Shown here piece by piece: positions 63,972 through 64,000 of a DNA stretch of 64,000 nt (position 1 is the first letter of the stretch; each line of letters opens with the position of its first letter). The notes below the pieces were generated by a model. The model searched no databases. It saw only the letters and a program-made list of their open reading frames with translations, and was not told where the DNA came from. This stretch comes from Mobula hypostoma (lineage: Eukaryota), in the NCBI RefSeq assembly GCF_963921235.1, contig NC_086097.1, forward strand, positions 243,786,001 to 243,850,000, written 5' to 3'. The position numbers and the translations under genes were made by a program.

Positions 63972-64000
63972 TGTGTGTGACTTCTGCTTTTTAAACTTCA

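Overview
Eukaryotic, almost entirely repeat-derived DNA (intergenic or deep intronic). The repeat set (HE1/V-type tRNA-SINEs, CR1 LINEs with (CTATGTTT)n tails, Neptune Penelope-like elements) points to a cartilaginous fish, probably a ray; this is inference. I recognise no host exon, rRNA, true tRNA or CRISPR array, and every long ORF is a decayed retroelement fragment. Elements present: Penelope-like elements (PLEs) of two clades, CR1, L2, Rex1/Babar, a full-length RTE with target-site duplication (TSD), R4/Dong, a HERO-like 3' end, a sushi-type chromovirus LTR element, a Tc1 remnant, mariner and hAT MITEs, and several SINE and non-autonomous families, often nested. The most interesting non-ORF signal is a minimal type I hammerhead ribozyme (CUGANGA-stem II-GAAA-C-GUC) in the pseudo-LTR (pLTR) of the Neptune PLE. 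It occurs about 13 times, both in inverted terminal pLTRs of coding copies and in short non-coding or fold-back derivatives. Its loop-less palindromic stem III could only fold as a dimer. Boundaries were read by eye and are approximate (about +/-10-20 bp) unless a TSD or TIR is quoted.
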